Source: Octopus vulgaris (taxonomy: Eukaryota). Taken from it: a DNA stretch of 64,000 nucleotides. The notes under the pieces are model-generated. The model did not search any database and was not told where the DNA came from. It saw only the letters and a program-made list of their open reading frames with translations. The first letter of the stretch is position 1, and every line of letters begins with the position of its first letter. Position numbers and translations under genes: made by a program. The stretch is from positions 12,214,001 to 12,278,000 of the forward strand of contig OX597817.1 in assembly GCA_951406725.2 (NCBI GenBank), given 5' to 3'. Shown in pieces: positions 13,140-25,367 of the stretch.

Positions 13140-13623
13140 TAACATTGTAAGAGAACCATCCAAACGTGGCCGTTGCCAGCGCCGCCCTGACTGGCCTCGT
13201 GCCGGTGGCACGTAAAGAGCACCATCCGTTCGTGGCTGTTGCCAGCCTCGCCTGGCCCCCATGCCGGTGGCACGTAAAAAGCACCATCCGTTCGTGGCCA
13301 TTGCCAGCCTAGCCTGGCCCCCGTGCCGGTGGCACGTAAAAAGCACCATCCGTTCGTGGCCATTGCCAGCCTAGCCTGGCCCCCGTGCCGGTGGCACATA
13401 AAGAGCACCATCCGATCGTGGCCGTTTACCAGACTCGTCTGGCACGTAAAAAGCACCTACTACACTCACGGAGTGGTTGGCGTTAGGAAGGGCATCCAGC
13501 CGTAGAAACTCTGCCAGATCAGACTGGGCCTGGTGCAGCCTTCTGGCTTCCCAGACCCCAGTTGCACCGTCCAACCCATGCTAGCATGGAAAGTGGATGC
13601 TAAACGATGATGATGATGATGAT
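13140..13623 (+). mobile_element. RTE 3'-UTR-derived repeat with ~62-bp tandem modules
   Basis: Family body and tail. Confidence 0.8.
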
Positions 13624-13992
13624 GTGCCAACATTAGAAATTAATATATGCAGGAGACAGTTATTTTGTCCCTAATTATTTTGTTTTAGAGATTTTTCAAT
13701 ATTTTTTTTTAAAATGCTATTTCACGTCTTTTTGATTAAACAGTGGAGCAGATGATATTTGATTCATTACAGAAGCTGACCAGCCTACAGCTGTTCAGCT
13801 TCGGTCAAACCATCCAACCCATGCCAGCCTGGAGAATGGACATTAAATGATGATGATGATGATGATGACTGCATATGTATATTCACAAAAATATATTGAT
13901 CTTATATGAAGTATGGCCCAAGATATAAACTTTCTTCTTCGGAACCAAAAGTAAGCTCTTTACAAATATATTCCATGTTAAAGTATAGCATA

Positions 13993-14389
13993 CTAGCAGT
14001 ATCGCCCGGCGTTGCTCGGGTTTGTAAGGGAAATAACTATATAAGCATTTTTAGAGATGTAAAGTATAATAGCCATCTCAATATGGCTAACCACAAAGGG
14101 AGGGGTGTTACTGTAGCTTTTTACTTTCTGAGATTTAATAATAAATTTTTAGAGAGTTACTTCTCTTATATATGCCAAAAATGCATTAAAAATGGGAAAA
14201 ATTGATGGTAAATTTTTTTTTAAATCGTAGACTCATTGTAGATGCGAGCTAATACCCAGAAGGGCTCGATATGAATCACGACTATAAGATGCCCGGTTTT
14301 GATTAAACTGCACCGGAAAATGTGGGAGTAGTTAGGAATCTAAATCGAAGGAGACAGACAGCACACAACCTCACTTTTATATATAAAGA
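13993..14389 (-). mobile_element. Non-autonomous Helitron (same family)
   Basis: Same termini, hairpin and length as 3545-3941. Confidence 0.85.
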
Positions 14390-14601
14390 TATATCTGAGA
14401 TGATGGAATCTACAAAATGTATGCAAAATTACTTACCCATTCTATTATTATTATTTTACCTTTTTTTTTTGTTTTGTTTAATCTAAACTGGTTCCACAAC
14501 AGTTTGGTCCTTTCTCTATTTCTTTTAGGACCATAAAATAGATTAAGTTGATGCATTTATTTTGCAAGATTTTTTATTGTGAAAATGTATGCTGAAACAG
14601 A

Positions 14602-14996
14602 TATTGTTATACTTAGGGATGGTCATTTTTTTACCAATTAAACATGCAGACTATTTATTTGACCTTCACTTAAGTTTTATTAGTATTTATAGTTTTTTTA
14701 GGTTACTTGCCCATTAGAGTTCTTTCATCACACATTCTGTGGCCTCTTCAGCAACATGAGTCTCCTCTTGTCCTGCCTATTTCATTTGCAAATAATTAGG
14801 AACAAGATGGAATAGACAGAGCAAGAAGTGACACAAGAGACAGAGTCACTGAAGAGGTCACAGAAGGTGTGATGAAAGAACTTTGATGGACAAGTAAATT
14901 AAAAAAATATATATATATAATACTAATAAAACTAAAGTGAATAAACCGTGCATGCGTTCAATTAGCAAAAGATAACCATTCCTAAGTATAACAATA
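14602..14996. repeat. Diverged ~400-bp inverted repeat (foldback)
   Basis: TATTGTTATACTTAGG / CCTAAGTATAACAATA ends; arms align through to the centre. Confidence 0.8.
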
Positions 14997-16765
14997 CATA
15001 AAATAGATTTTATTCTTCTAAACCTTCTACAACGTCATTTTCACCTGTACCCACCTGCCTTTGCTTCTTCAATCAATCTCACAGCCTTTCGTCTCACAAT
15101 GCAAAGGATCAGTCTGATAAGACACATCAATCTCAGAAATAAAATATAAACTGAACCACAAAAGAAACATTGCACAAATACTAAATAGAAACTAGTTTAT
15201 TAACAGACTGCCATAACATTGACTGAAGAGTGCTAATTAAGAAACTGTCCTTTCTTAATGATAAAATGTCATTTCCCGAAGCATGTTTGACATATGGTGT
15301 CACATGATGACAGTGTCCTGGATCCAAAGAGATGAACTCAATATCTCATGTACCCACCGTTAGCATTGATTACCTATTTTTTTTTTTTATTACCTACAAG
15401 GGGCTAAACATAGAGGGGACAAACAAGGACTGACAAAGGTATTAAGTCGATTACATCGACCCCAGTGCGTAACTGGTACTTAATTTATCGACCCCGAAAG
15501 GATGAAAGGCAAAGTCGACCTCGGCGGAATTTGAACTCAGAACGTAATGGCAGACAAAATACCGCTAGGCATTTCGCCGCATTCGGGAAACGAATGACAG
15601 GCTAGTAAATTTGGGAGCCTTTTATACCCAATGAGTTTAGTACATACATCATGCTTTTCATAAAGATGCATTTGTGAGCATTACCATGTTCATGAAAAGT
15701 GAACAAGTTTGAACCCAACATACAATCCTTGTGTTTTCAAAAGAGAGTGGTGTTGTGGGTCAGTGACATCTTCTTGGTGTCAAATTACCTAGAAATGTGA
15801 TAAAATCCATATAATCTCAATATCATGTGTGAAGCAAATAATCTGTTACAGTGCGACATTTCTTTTGTAGTTCAGTATGTTTGGAACTTAACGAACATAA
15901 CTAATTTATAGAGAGGAGTTTCTGGCACCAGACAGTCAAAGGCTTTTAAGTACATTAATATTAGATTTTTTTACAAAGTTTTCAAGGGTAGCCAATTAAA
16001 AGTAACAAATAGAAAGAAAAATCATGCATCATGGAATGTGAGTCCTTATATTTTTGCACACTAGTTTCATTATTATTTTTAATTAATTAATTTATTTATT
16101 TATTTTTACTTTATTTATTTAAGAGTAATTTGCTAACAGAGACTACTTTTAGTGTGTTCAAATTGCAGAGTTTTAATTTAATACCTGCTAACCAATACAA
16201 ACTTTAAATTTCCTATAGTTTTGAATTGGCACTGGAATCCTGAACTCTCAATAAATCTTCTTCAGTTGCAAAATTATTTAGAAAAAAAAAACAAATATTT
16301 GCTGAAGTCAGCAGGAAACCTTTCTCTGTTAGAATATCCTCATTCTTTCTGTCAATGATTTATTGCCATCTGGTAGAACTGTAACCATGCTGAACAAATT
16401 TTTGCCAAGTTATTTTTCTTCATTTATTTTCATCAAAATCACATATTATCTGGAACCATTCAACAAATTATTGCCAAATTGTAGTTATTCATCTATTTTC
16501 ATCAAAACCTCATTTTCTAGAACCAGTCAACAAATTATTGCCTAAATCTCAAAATCTAATTTCATTCGTGCTTAATCCAGGATTATCATTCACTCTTATG
16601 TCACAGTTTCAGTCTTATCAAAATCACTAACACTAACATGTACACAATGTCAGAAACTGCTACAACACAATATTTCACATGCCCATATGGTCACTTATAG
16701 GCTTTCTCGCTATCTCCCTTCTTCTCTCTCTAGTCCTTTCAGTTGACCACATATAATATGTATTA

Positions 16766-17143
16766 CTCTTTTACATGTTTCAGTCCTTTGACCGTGGCCA
16801 TGCTGGAGCAAATCGACCCCGGGACTTATTCATTGTAAGCCCAGTACTTATTCTATCGGTCTCTTTTGCCGAACCGCTAAGTGACGGGGACGTAAACACA
16901 CCAACATTGGTTGTCAAGCAATGCTAGGGGGACAAACACAGACACAAACACACATATATATATATATATACATATATACGACGGGCTTCTTTTAGTTTCC
17001 GTCTACCAAATCCACTCACAAGGCATTGGTCGACCCGAGGCTATAGTAGAAGACACTCACCCAAGATGCCACGCAGTGGGACTGAACCCGGAACCATGTG
17101 GCTGGTAAACAAGCTACTTACCACACAGCCACTCCTGCGCCTA
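16766..17143 (-). mobile_element. SINE family B copy
   Basis: Homologous to 59801-60185. Confidence 0.8.
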
Positions 17144-18331
17144 TTGTTTCAAATAAAAATATTTTCTATAGCTATAAAACAAACTATGATGAGAAAATAT
17201 GCAGAAGTGATGGAGAGGATGAAAACAATATTCTAAACTAAATATACCAAGAACACAATTTCAGTCAATGACACAACCGCTACTTCCTAAAATAGTCACA
17301 TTTCTTTAATTAAAAGGAAATATTTTTCATGTAAAAGTTCAGTACATATTTAATCAGCCATAGCAGAATTGGTACGTGAAAGAATATGGCACAAACCATT
17401 AAACATTTAGGATTTAAATCAGCCTTATGTAACCCAAACATTCTACATTTTTGGTTAAATCGGCCAGATCCAGTCTCTCACACCTACCCTACAATGTTTC
17501 CCTCTCCTGTCAGACTTTTGGAATTGATATAGTCAATGTTCGGTTTGAATTCCTGCAGGTCAAATTCTTTACAGAAGAGAGATGCAGTTCTTGGGAACGT
17601 CTTATAACCAGGTCTGATATAGTAAAACAAAGTAAGGCCGACTGCAATTGCTGTTGTTTAGTACCAAGTTAACCCTGATCAGACATGCATTCCAGTTATG
17701 GCCACCCCATCATTTTTGCTAAATTAGTGTATCTGCAACTAGATCATGCAAAGTGTCCATTAGAGTGTGGTTTGAGAGAGATTTGGTCACTCTTTTTAGC
17801 AGGTTGAACAACCATCTAGAAACTCCCATATTGACAGTAAAGACGTGAAATAGGTGCATTGAACGCATTTCAGCAGGTGCATAATACGCTAGCCTGATGC
17901 AGTAAGGACTATTGCAGTAGCATTTTGGTCCCCTTCTCCATTGATTCTGAGTAAAAATAAATGCCTAACACAAGTTATGAACCCTTAGAGATGATGGAAG
18001 ATAGTTATTGTTGGCATGATATGAACTAAGAACACAGAGGGTTGGCACTACATAACTAGATACCAGAAAACTGCTTAATCTTAAGTGCTGCTGTTTCTGC
18101 CATCCTATCCTGTAATCTCCACCAACATTTCCACCCTTTTCTTTAATAATGATAAACAAATAAATTAAATAAATGGGTCTGCTTCGAGAAGATTTCAAAA
18201 ATGAATATTTTAGGGGGGTTTTTTTATTTCTGCTTCTTTTTTTTTTTTTTTGTAGGTTAATCTAACTCCCTGAATAATTAAAGAGTATAAAGCATTAGAT
18301 TTACTTGTTGATAACTTAAAGTTTAATGTCA

Positions 18332-18362
<31 letters not shown>

Positions 18363-19680
18363 TACACGCAGATTCACCAATTACACCATCAGTCATTAAA
18401 AAGAGAATCTTACCACTACCCACCACCCATCATCATAGTTGTTTGTAAGATTTTTTTATTTTTTTGTAACCAAAATTAGGTTATTTCCGTAAAGAAAAAA
18501 ATTCCCATCTAAGAATACAAAGAGTGGGTGGGAGAATTTTTGCTGTTTTTTTTTTCTGTGAATTAATATTATTGAACTGTGTCCAATTTCTAGGTTCGTT
18601 GAAGATGAAGGAATGTAATAAAATAGTTGTTTTCTGTCTAGGTTATATTTTTTCAGTCTTTTGCTGTTTTTGTCGGGTTTTTTTTTTCTTTGTGCTTTTA
18701 ATTTTTCATTTGTTTTAGTTGGTATCAAGAACAGCCAAAATAAATAAATAAATATATACATATATATATATAAAGAAAAAATATACAGTGGTAATTTGTC
18801 TTTAGATTTAGACAGAAAATGTAACTCAGTTCATCTTGATGTGAGAAAAGTTGTGTGTGTGTGTGTGAAAAACAAAAATATTTTAAAAGGCAATGTATGT
18901 GTATGTGGGTGTCTGTATATATAGTCTCATATCTTTGTATTTATATTTCTTGGCAATGATGAATCCTTGGAACATTGAGTTGTCGGGACACCACTGAAGA
19001 CTTCATCTTCTTAGAGCAAGTCTGGAGCAAGCCTGCCTGATGGAACCCATCCCTCTCCAAGCAGTAGTCATATTGGCCACATCGCTGCAAGTTGATGAAC
19101 CACCCATCAATTTCACATTAGTACTACTAATGCTTATTATAAACTGTAAATCTATCTTGTTTTTTCTGTTACTGCCACATGGACTGAAATCATGAGAGTT
19201 AAATATATTGGATATGGACACAGCTAAGTGTCAAACAAAAAGCTGTTGACCATCTGTCTTGTAATCCAAAACTTTATCAGCTGCATATGATTATCAAAAT
19301 TCTATGAGTAGAAATGCACAAACGCGAATGAGTGAGGTGCTTAGATTGAACACAAATGAACACAGTTGGATGCATCAAATACTGCTGTGGTGGTGGGTGT
19401 TATCTATATGATGTAAATGTAGTAGTTTATTCCTACACTGATCTTCACTGTTCCAGATGTATCAAATTTCAACCAGATATGAAGATATTCATCTACAGAT
19501 GTAACAAGTAGACTGGCAGCACTGATTAGATATACCACCCTGGTGTATTATCTCTTATGTCAGCAAAGACTAAAAAGCTCAGATTACGAAACTGAATTGC
19601 AGTAATGTACCCTACTGTAACTTGAGGAGTACCAGGAGCTTCATGAGAGTATTTCACTGAAGTACCTCATTTTCAGAAGA

Positions 19681-20227
19681 GATGCCAGCGCTGCCTCGAC
19701 TGGCTGGTGTGCCGGTGGCACATAAAAAGCACCATCCGAATGTGGCCGATGCCAGCGCCGCCTCGACTGGCTCCAGTGCCGGTGGCACATAAAAAGCACC
19801 ATCCAAACGTGGCCGATGCCAGCGCTGCCTCGACCGGCTCCAGTGCCGGTGGCACATAAAAAGCACCATCCAAACATGGCCGATGCCAGCGCTGCCTCGA
19901 CTGGCTCCAGTGCCGGTGGCACATAAAAAGCACCATCCAAACTTGGCTGATGCCAGCGCCGCCTTGGCTGGCTTCCGTGCTGGTGGCACGTTAAAAGCAC
20001 CAACCGATCGTGGCCAATGCCGGACCCCCCCTGGCACCTGTGCAGGTTGCACGTAAAGAGCACCCACTACACTCGCGGAGTGGTTGGCGTTAGGAAGGGC
20101 ATCCAGCTGTAGAAACTCTGCCAGATCAGACTGGAGCCTGGTGCAGCCCCCGGCTTCCCAGACCCCGGTCGAACTGTCCAACCCGTGCTAGTGCAGAAAA
20201 CGGACGTTAAACGATGATGATGATGAT
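19681..20227 (+). mobile_element. RTE 3'-UTR-derived repeat with ~64-bp tandem modules
   Basis: Family body and tail. Confidence 0.8.
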
Positions 20228-20357
20228 GCCATAGGTGCAGGTACGGCTGAATAGATATGGAGTTTACATTGGTAATCATGTAGTTATGTGTCCTATCTCA
20301 CAGTAAAGCACCTTGGAGAAGTATCTTCTACTGCAGCCTCAAGTCAACCAATGCTTT

Positions 20358-21585
20358 TTGGTCTTCCTGCTTCAGCCATATATAGAAGCTGGCTTTTTCG
20401 ACTGCCTCCTGTACTTTCCTTATTAGTTTTCTCAGCTCTGAGTTAGAAAAAACAAATCTTCTTTTGAATAGCGTTGTCATTTTTCTTTCAATAAAGCCCC
20501 TAGCCCCCACTGCCAGGTGGTAATACTCGACATTCCATCCCTGTTCTCTGCACTCTTCGATTAGCTTTTCGTACCTCTTCTCCTTTCGTTTCTCTGCATT
20601 GCCGATGTTCTCTACCCAAGGTACTGTCAGTTCTAGCAAAATTCCTATTCTCCGTTCTCTGTCCAATAGGACTAAATCTGATCTTTTTGTCGATTTTATA
20701 AGTAGAAATATTACTAGTCTTTCCAAATCCGTGGCCACCTCCCAGTATCCCTTCCATCTTTCGTCTATCTCGTATATTTTATTTGTAGGCCTGGTTTTAT
20801 ATCCATTTCTCTCCTTCTGGAAGTATACTTTCCTGTGCTTTTCCACTTTTGGGTACTCTCCCCTATTGTACCTCTTGATCTTCTCCTTGAGTGCTGCGCT
20901 TATGACACTGAGGACTTGATTGTGATGCCATGTATATCTTTCTAGTGCTAGTCTGCAGTTTGACAGAACATGTCTAACCGTTGCTTTCTCTCCACATCTA
21001 CACTCATCTGTTGTTTTTATGTTCCACCAGACTAAGTTCGCCAATGAGGGTAGAACGTCAAAGGTAGACTTGATCAGGAAAAATGTTCTTGCTTGTTCCC
21101 AAGCCCATAGTTCCTTCTATGATATTCTGCAGCTGATCACATATTCCTCCCATCTCAGGCACTGTCCTTGTTGACTACATTGCACCAAATGTACATTTCG
21201 CCTTTCTTCTTCCTCCTTTCTCACTTCGTATACCACTGCCTCTTTCATCTCTTTTATACTGCTCTTGCAAAATGGCCAGAAATTGTGCATTCCTAGGCCG
21301 GCTCTTGCTTCTTGCATTGCTCTGACTATATCTGCGTGCCTTAGTTTTCCGATCGCCCTGTTTACTGCCTCTTCCGCTTTCCATTTTCTCCCTGTTCGTA
21401 CCATTGGGGGGTTTTCTCGGATGCTTTGATCTTTTGAATACTTTAGCATCATTACTGTCCTTGCCTTTCCTGCCTTATATTCTTCGGCGATTGATGTTAT
21501 TGGTAGTTGCAGCACAGGTTTTCCATATAGTGCAGTTGTATTCAGGGGTTTCGGCAGACCAAGCCATTTTCTGATAAACACACTA
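20358..21585 (-). mobile_element. RLE non-LTR retrotransposon C-terminal fragment (Hero-like)
   Basis: ORFs 21117..21581 and 20328..21044 are in frame, separated by one stop; motifs CRCG..HVLSNC, YTWHHNQVL, SDLVLL..LELTVPW. Confidence 0.8.
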
Positions 21586-21591
21586 TTTCTA

Positions 21592-22290
21592 TTAGGTTGT
21601 CAAGAAACTTCTTGTGGTTTTTAACCTTTAAATTCAGATGCACATATCTAGGCTCAAAAAAAAAAATTTATTAATCGAAATAAACACCATCAGAATCAAC
21701 ACACATTTGCCAACGTGCAACAAGTTTATTTATGCCAGTAGCGTAAAAATCTTGCATTCTGGTGGCGATGAAGTCATTGAAGGCGTGTTTGGCATCGGCT
21801 TGGTTTTTGAAGCATTTCTAACGAAGGAAGTTGTCGAGATGCTTGAAAAAGTGGTAGTCGGTAGGCAAGAGGTCTGGTGAGTATGGCAGATGAGGCAGTT
21901 TTGTAGCCCAATTCGTTCAACTTCTGCAGTGTCGGCTGAGGGACGTGCGGCCGAGCGATGTCGTGGAGAAGAATTGGTCATTTTCTATTGACCAATGTTG
22001 GCTGTTGTTATCAGAGTTTCTTATGCATTTCATCCATTTGCTGACAGTACTTCTCCGCCATAATGGTTTCGCCTGGATCCAAAAAGCTGTGATGGATGAG
22101 ACCAGCCGCAGACCACCAAACAGTCACCATGACCTTCTTTTGGTGCAACTTTAGCTTCGGGAAGTACCGTGGGGCTTTGTCAGCGTCCAACCACTGAGCT
22201 GAGTGTCACCGGTTGTCATAAAGAATCCACATTTCATTGCAAGTCATAATCCAGTTGAGAAAAGGACCATTCTTGTTGCATAAAAGAAGA
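21592..22290 (-). mobile_element. Mariner transposon, 3' half, degenerate
   Basis: FLNWIMTCNEMWILYDNR, DLLPTDYHFF and FYATGINKLVARWQMCVDSDGVYFD; mariner-like terminus TA|TTAGGTTG. Confidence 0.85.
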
Positions 22291-22492
22291 CATATATGGA
22301 CCATACGAAACCAGACATATATACATACATATATACAGGGTGGTGTTTATTGCCCCTGTGTATCTGCCACACACAAAAACTATTTTCACAGTTAACCTTC
22401 CTTTGATATTGCTGCACCTTTTATGTGTCTATAGCTTACACTGGGCACATCTTATGGAATTTCTACCCACGCCTTTTCTACAGATATATATA

Positions 22493-22532
<40 letters not shown>

Positions 22533-23404
22533 AAAAACAATTTTAGTGTTGGATTATTTTGAACTGCAGAGATTTGGAGAATTAACAGTTTGTGAATTAA
22601 AGCTGTGATAACAATTAACTGATTCTACCAAATATGCCAGCATCAATCTCCAAAACACTACCTGGTATGTTATGTACCATTGTTCTTGTCATTGTTGCTT
22701 ATGTCACAGTTTGTTAATGTCATTTTTGTGCAGGATGTACAAAGAATATTTAAAATTTGTTTACAATATACAGTTTCTAAATTTAGGGGTTTCTTATGAC
22801 AAAAAACATTCATCCTAAATAGCGTGCTGTCAACTAAAATTAATGCTGAAAATACAAAAGAGAACAGTTTTCCTTTTTAATTTTTGGATTATTGTTGTTG
22901 TTGTTGTTGTTATTGTTGTACTCCAATGAAAATGGTAAGAGTATGTATCTGTGAGTGTAGGATGGAGAAGAATGATTAGTGACTCAATGAAACTGAGAGA
23001 TGTAGTTTTTGTTTTGTTTTGTTTTGTTGTTGTAAAGGGAACATTTCAGAAATTTGAAGAGTGAAAAAGAGATAAACAGAGAATGAGGTAACCAGACAGA
23101 CAGACAGACAGACAGACAGAGGAAGGGATGGGTGGGTGAATGAACAGACAGACTGACATACAGACAACTAAAACAGCAAAAGACAAAAGAGTTGGAGACA
23201 GAAACTCTGAGTATGAAATGAATGGATCGTTTAAACTTAAAAAATACTGAAGTCTTTCTGGTAATGGTAAAATAAACTGATGGAGACTACCAAAGGATAA
23301 TACCCAAAGGATAATACCCAAAGGATAATACCCAAAGGACAAGAGACAGTTGGCAAACATTAGGTTTGCTGTTTAAGAAACTCTTTCTATAATTTCATAA
23401 ACTT

Positions 23405-23619
23405 TACTTTTACTTGTTTCAGCCATTTGACTGCGGCCATGCTGGAGCACCGCCTTTAGTCGAGCAACTCGACCCCGGGACTTATTCTTTTTGTAAGCCC
23501 AGTATTTATTCTATCAGTCTCTTTTGCCGAACTGCTAAGTGACGTGACGGGGACGTAAACACACCAGCATCGGTTGTCAAGCAATGCTAGGGGGACAAAC
23601 ACAGACACACAAACATACA

Positions 23620-23651
<32 letters not shown>

Positions 23652-23781
23652 CATACATATATACGATGGGCTTTGGTCGGCCCGAGGCTATAGTAGAAGA
23701 CACCTGCCACGCAGTGGGACTGAACCCAGAACCATGTGGTTGGTAAACAAGCTACTTACCACACAGCCACTCCTGCGCCTA
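23405..23781 (-). mobile_element. SINE family B copy
   Basis: Homologous, with an internal deletion. Confidence 0.8.
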
Positions 23782-24086
23782 GTTACAATTTTTTCGTTTT
23801 TCTTAAAATTATTTTTATAACACTACATCTAATTTCTGATTGGAATTGCAAACGTTTTTACAGAGAGCAGTGCTTCCTAATTCTAACTTCTCGATGATAT
23901 AGTAGAAATGATATCCATTTTCAATCAGAACTGATTGCAGTTTCCATATACTTTTTATAAAAATAAGAGACATGTAGTTTAAGCCCTAGGTCATTCACCA
24001 TATTTTCTGGCATACAAGTTGAATTTTTCATACCAAAATTAAAAGCCAAAGCAGGTACATCAACTTCTACACCAAGATAACTTTAA

Positions 24087-24308
24087 CCCTTTTGTTACCA
24101 TATTTATTTTGAGATGCTCTGTGTTTCTTTCAATTAATTTTAAATATAACAAAGAGTTTAGTAAAATGACTTAGTTATCATTCAGCTAGTGTTAGGAACA
24201 TAAACTGTGACTAAGGGTTGGCAGAAGATTTTAATTAAAAACTTATGAAAACAAGACATTTGTACTACAGAACCAGAGGCAGTTTCAGTCAGGTTGGTAA
24301 CGAAAGGG
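24087..24308. mobile_element. piggyBac-type MITE
   Basis: TTAA TSD; TIR CCCTTT(T/C)GTTACCA. Confidence 0.88.
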
Positions 24309-24840
24309 TTAAAGAACAAAAAATTTTATGTGAAATGCAGCAAGTTTTAGAAGGATAGTGATGATGTTTGAAAGCTCATGCTACATTTACACTATATACT
24401 ATATAGAACATTTCTGTACTATAGAACAATATCACAAGTCAACAATATGACAAAGTGGTGAATGATGAAGCTACCTTGAGCATAATCCTATGAACCCAGA
24501 AAAATTTAAAACAGAGAGTTACTTACTTGCAAATAAATATGTTAACATGTGACATTATTGACTGAGGTTACCGTGGTTTTTTCCATAGGCTTTTCTTTCC
24601 ACAGATAAACCTTATCTGCTTCCCCCTTTACACTTTACATCATGACATTTCTGTGATACACGATCCCTATTGATTGCTTTATTCTTTTTTTTTCTCTGTC
24701 TTTTTACGATCCCTTTTGATCGAAAACCTACCCCCTTTTTATTTTCATTTTTATTTTCTCCCCCAAAAGAAAAGCTCTACTTTGTAATTTGTCCCCTCTG
24801 TGTTCAGCCCTGTGTGGCTAATAAATAAACACACATATAT

Positions 24841-24911
<71 letters not shown>

Positions 24912-24995
24912 GGCACAGAAGACAAACATTGAATACAGACAAGCATTATGTTTTTTTAAAATTAAAATATCAATAAAAAGTTTTAAATATTTTAC

Positions 24996-25175
24996 CTTGT
25001 CCCTGAGACCGAAACTGGTTGGCAACGGATTGGTTTGATTTTTGCAGCTTGAATCTTCATCATGTGAACAGCGATTTCGTTGCATTGAATGATGCACTGA
25101 GGCTACTTCCCCATGTTCATCTTTCAATACATTGATGGCATGGGGAATAGCAACAGCAATAAAACTAAAGCATTC
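24996..25175 (-). CDS. GPHN: Gephyrin coding exon, 180 nt (end of G domain and linker)
   Basis: ctacag|GAATGC...GACAAG|gtaaa; encodes [32 protein letters not shown]...GLRDK; overlaps track ORF 24804..25127. Confidence 0.92.
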
Positions 25176-25330
25176 CTGTAGCGAAATGATGAAACAATTG
25201 TAAAAATGTCAATATATGGAATATGATATAATATACAGTTTCTACAATTTCACAGATTTCCAAATATCACTTTTCCTTACAAGTGCACAACATACACATC
25301 ATATATATTTACATAGGCTACACACGCACG

Positions 25331-25367
<37 letters not shown>

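Noticed and set aside
15045-15115. Possible minus-strand exon
   Set aside because: Stop in the phase required after the 180-nt exon and no gephyrin similarity.
18956-19221. Possible C/D snoRNA (ATGATGA..CTGA) and 72-aa minus-strand ORF
   Set aside because: No convincing terminal stem or rRNA guide; the ORF has no recognisable homology or splice support.
19681-19990. Regularly spaced palindromic repeats resembling a CRISPR array (also 7360-7600, 13170-13450)
   Set aside because: The spacers are themselves near-identical, there are no cas genes, and the arrays are internal to a eukaryotic retroelement 3' UTR.
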